From the NCBI GenBank assembly GCA_013239625.1, contig MU053652.1:496001-560000 (forward strand): DNA of 64,000 nucleotides, written 5' to 3'. Positions 61,230 to 64,000 of this stretch are shown here, in pieces; the stretch's first letter is position 1, and each line of letters opens with the position of its first letter. The translations under genes and the position numbers were made by a program. The notes beneath the pieces were generated by a model that was not told the origin of the DNA, did no database searches, and was given only the letters and a program-made list of their open reading frames with translations. The stretch is from Lama guanicoe (lineage: Eukaryota).

Positions 61230-62475
61230 ATCTAAAAACTTATGACCACACAAAAACCTTTATGTGGATGTTTATAGTGGCTTTATTTGTAATGGAAGCA
61301 ATCAAGATGTCCTTCAACAGGTGAATGAATGAATAAACTGTGGTATATCTGTATCATATCCCACATCCATAATCCATACCAGACAATATTATTCAGTGAT
61401 GAAAAGAATTGAGCTGTCAAGCCATGAAAAGCCATGAATCAATCTTATGCATAGTGCTCATTTAAAGCAGCCAGTCTGAAAAAGCTAAATACTGTAGGAC
61501 TCCAATTACGTGAATTCTGGAAGATGCCAAAGTGTAGAGAGAGTAAAAAGATCGTGACTGCATGGGAGGAGGGGACAGGGGCTGAGTAGGTGAACTAGAG
61601 GGAATCTGGGGAGTGGTAAAAACCATTCTGTATGCCGCTCTAGCGGTAGATTCATAACATCATGCATTTGTCGAAACCCACAGAACTTTAAAGCACAAAG
61701 AATGAATCTTACTGCATGCAAATTTAAAAAATTCATTTAGGAGGTTGAGGGATCCCAAGATGAAGCACAGAAGTGACAAAACAATCTAATAGCCATATTA
61801 CAAATATGCAAAGCAACCTTCTTGGAAGGAATGTGTGAGAAAAAGGTAATCTGACCGAAGTGATTTTGGAAATAAGGAGAATCTTTAAAACTAAAAGAGT
61901 GCATGCAGTTCTAAAGATAAATAAAGTTGCAAAAAAAGAAACCTGATCAACACTGCCTCAGCCAGGTCATCAAGGTTAACAGACAGTGATAAGTCAAGTT
62001 GACAGCATATACACTGGATGTGATATGCAGCGAAAGGCACTTTACTGTGGTTTTCCTCCCAAAAACACACCCTCTCAGTCAAATCGCTAGAAAAACAGCA
62101 GATTAACCATATTGCACGATAGTCTACAACACATCTAACCTGCTGTCAAGGTGCTTTGAAGAAAGGAAAGTCTGAGAAACTGTTACATCCAAGAGGAGCC
62201 AAAGGAGAAAGGACAACTGAACATAACGTGGTACCCTGGGTGGGATCTGGGAACAGAGGACGTTAGGTAAGAAACTACGCAATCTGAGTAAAGTATGGAC
62301 TTTAATGAACAAGAATGTATCAATACTGGCTCATTAACTGTAACAAATTCACCACACTAATATAGGATATTAATAACAGGGGAAACGGGGTATAGGATGT
62401 GTAGGAACTGTATTATCTTTGCAGCTTTTCTGTAAATGTAAAATTTCTCTAAATGAACTGCTTATTTAAAAAATA
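61230..62475 (+). mobile_element. L1MC/L1MD-like 3' region (about 1.25 kb)
   Basis: caagatgtccttcaacaggtgaatg...aataaactgtggtatatc...ctgggtgggatctgggaacagagga...taaagtatggacttta...gcagcttttctgtaaatgtaaaattt. Confidence 0.8.
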
Positions 62476-64000
62476 ATATTTAAAGCTACTTTCCTTGGCC
62501 AACAAAATAGGTTCACTTTTACCCGATCCCTGACTGTAAGCCAGAGGACATCCTTCAACACAACTGCTGGCAATCTCCATTTTACCCGTTAGCAAATGAG
62601 CGCCTACTATGTGTCAGAAGTTTCTTTCGGCTCTAAAGCAAAACTCTAAAAGGATGGAAGCAAAGGGGATATTTCTTATTTGAGAGATAAGAAATTCACA
62701 CACCATCCGGCCCACTCGCGCTTTTTCCGGCGAAGTCTTGGGAAGCCCCGGGCGAACACAGCAAGCAAGGTCACCAGAGCACTTCTGCAAGCACCTGATA
62801 GGCAGCCATGACCTTGGAACGACCGAGGGGAGAACAAATTAAAAAAATGCTTTGTGGAATAAAAAGGAAGAAGCAATTAAGCTCCTGCGGTTGAAATGGG
62901 GCAAAGAGAAGTAGTGTGTGTCCAGTAAGAAGCGGTACAGAATGGCTCTCCTTGAAGTGCAGCTATCTGAATTTGACTTTGTAGCTATTTGCAAGTGAAT
63001 ACTCAGGGTATTCTGGACTCCAAAGATATGCCCATCCATCATGGGAATAGCTGTAACTATGGAGGGGAAAAAAAAAAGCAGATAAAAATGAGGAAGAAAA
63101 AGAAAAGGAAACTAGAAGCTGAGATGGATTTTTTTCCCCTCCTCAAAAGACTTTTCCAATACGTACAATCCCAAAAGGACATAATGACATAGATAACCTG
63201 TTAATGAGCTAGCTGCGTGTTGCCTTTTCCCCAAAGCAAGACTTTAACTGACAGAGCTGCAGTGTCTAAAAAGGTAATAAAGGAGAAATGTACAGCTTAA
63301 TCTTTAAACAAACACGAACATGCTGCAGCCAAATGGCTGCTCTTGTGGACAGAGGTGATGAAGGAACCCGTCCAGTCACTGCCTGTGAGGGCTCCGAGAG
63401 GGAAACCCAGTGAAGATTCATCCCAGAGCACAATACTTACCCCAGAAAGTAAGCCCGCCTGCTTCGTCTGGACAATTATGACAATCAGTCAAAAGAATGA
63501 CTAACTCGGAGCAAAAGGTTAGGACTCAACAAACCTCAGGCAGCCGTGAGGTTACTACCTGAAGCTTCTGCCTGGAGAGAAACACTCGCTAGAAACTTTG
63601 TCTTCCTTTGAGAGCTCGATTCCTGGATGACTAGATCCCTGCCTTGGCTGGTCTCTGACCCCAGGCTCTCTGCCCTCTGAACTACCAAAGCATCCATTAG
63701 AGTGTGCCCCTTTGCAACTCTGTACCTCTGCCCACTTTGGAAGGAAACAGTTCCATCAAAATTTCAGACCTCCATGAGAGCTCTGTGTCTCATTAACCTT
63801 ACTTTTCACTCTACAGCCCGTCACTCACCCAGGCTGATCTGTCTCAAGAACACCCCTTTGGTGTCTTCACTTAACATTATTTGGGTCACTGTCTACTCAG
63901 CTGTCTCCATTTCTACATATACCACAATGCCCAGGTCAGGACCTACTCCTTGCCTAAAGTTTCTTTAAAAAAAAAAAATAATAAATAATTTATTTATTTT

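Larger units (their letters stand above)
18043..64000 (-). other. EXOC4: 3' portion of a long EXOC4 intron (upstream exon lies beyond the window)
   Basis: Acceptor ttccag at 18043. I recognised no further Sec8-coding sequence up to the window end, and the region is repeat-rich. Confidence 0.85.

Noticed and set aside
63430..63580. Minus-strand cryptic EXOC4 coding exon (tttctctccag ... gtaagt)
   Set aside because: Splice-like ends are present, but the phase-0 frame required to join the next exon hits a stop and there is no Sec8 similarity. At most it is a pseudo-exon.
63967..64000. A-rich/T-rich quasi-palindrome at the window end
   Set aside because: Probably a poly-A run abutting the tail of a retroposon that continues beyond the window. 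It cannot be resolved here.
1..64000. Prokaryotic-type systems (CRISPR arrays, operons, defence islands), intact retroviral or transposase ORFs, snoRNA/miRNA genes
   Set aside because: The sequence is mammalian intronic DNA. I saw no regularly spaced direct repeats, long ORFs or recognisable structured RNA genes, although a covariance-model (Rfam) search would be needed to exclude the RNA genes.

Overview
Mammalian genomic DNA, about 40% GC and CpG-depleted. It is most likely from a camelid, inferred from four copies of a tRNA-derived SINE resembling Vic-1 and from cetartiodactyl-type L1 3' ends. The whole window lies inside EXOC4 (Sec8, exocyst subunit), transcribed on the minus strand. Two coding exons are present: 17906-18042 (137 nt, [10 protein letters not shown]...DTCTVAYR) and 940-1095 (156 nt, [10 protein letters not shown]...EEEEDFIR). 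They correspond to human exons 12 and 13 as I recall the numbering. Everything else is intronic: a 16.8 kb intron between the two exons and more than 46 kb of the preceding intron. The introns are filled with old L2, MIR, L3/CR1, L1M and DNA-transposon (MER5, MER58, MER63, Tigger2-like) relics, plus younger SINE and L1 insertions with visible target-site duplications. Several repeat-free, motif-rich stretches look like regulatory elements. Apart from 936..1178, which contains one exon in frame, the ORF track appears to be noise. I found no clear novel biological system. The best leads are a Tigger2-type MITE that seems to have captured MIR-containing genomic DNA, a CTCF-like site with an upstream motif, palindromic homeodomain/POU elements, inverted young-repeat pairs, and candidate antisense exons and recursive splice sites. 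Repeat family names come from my memory of consensus sequences, and repeat boundaries are approximate.
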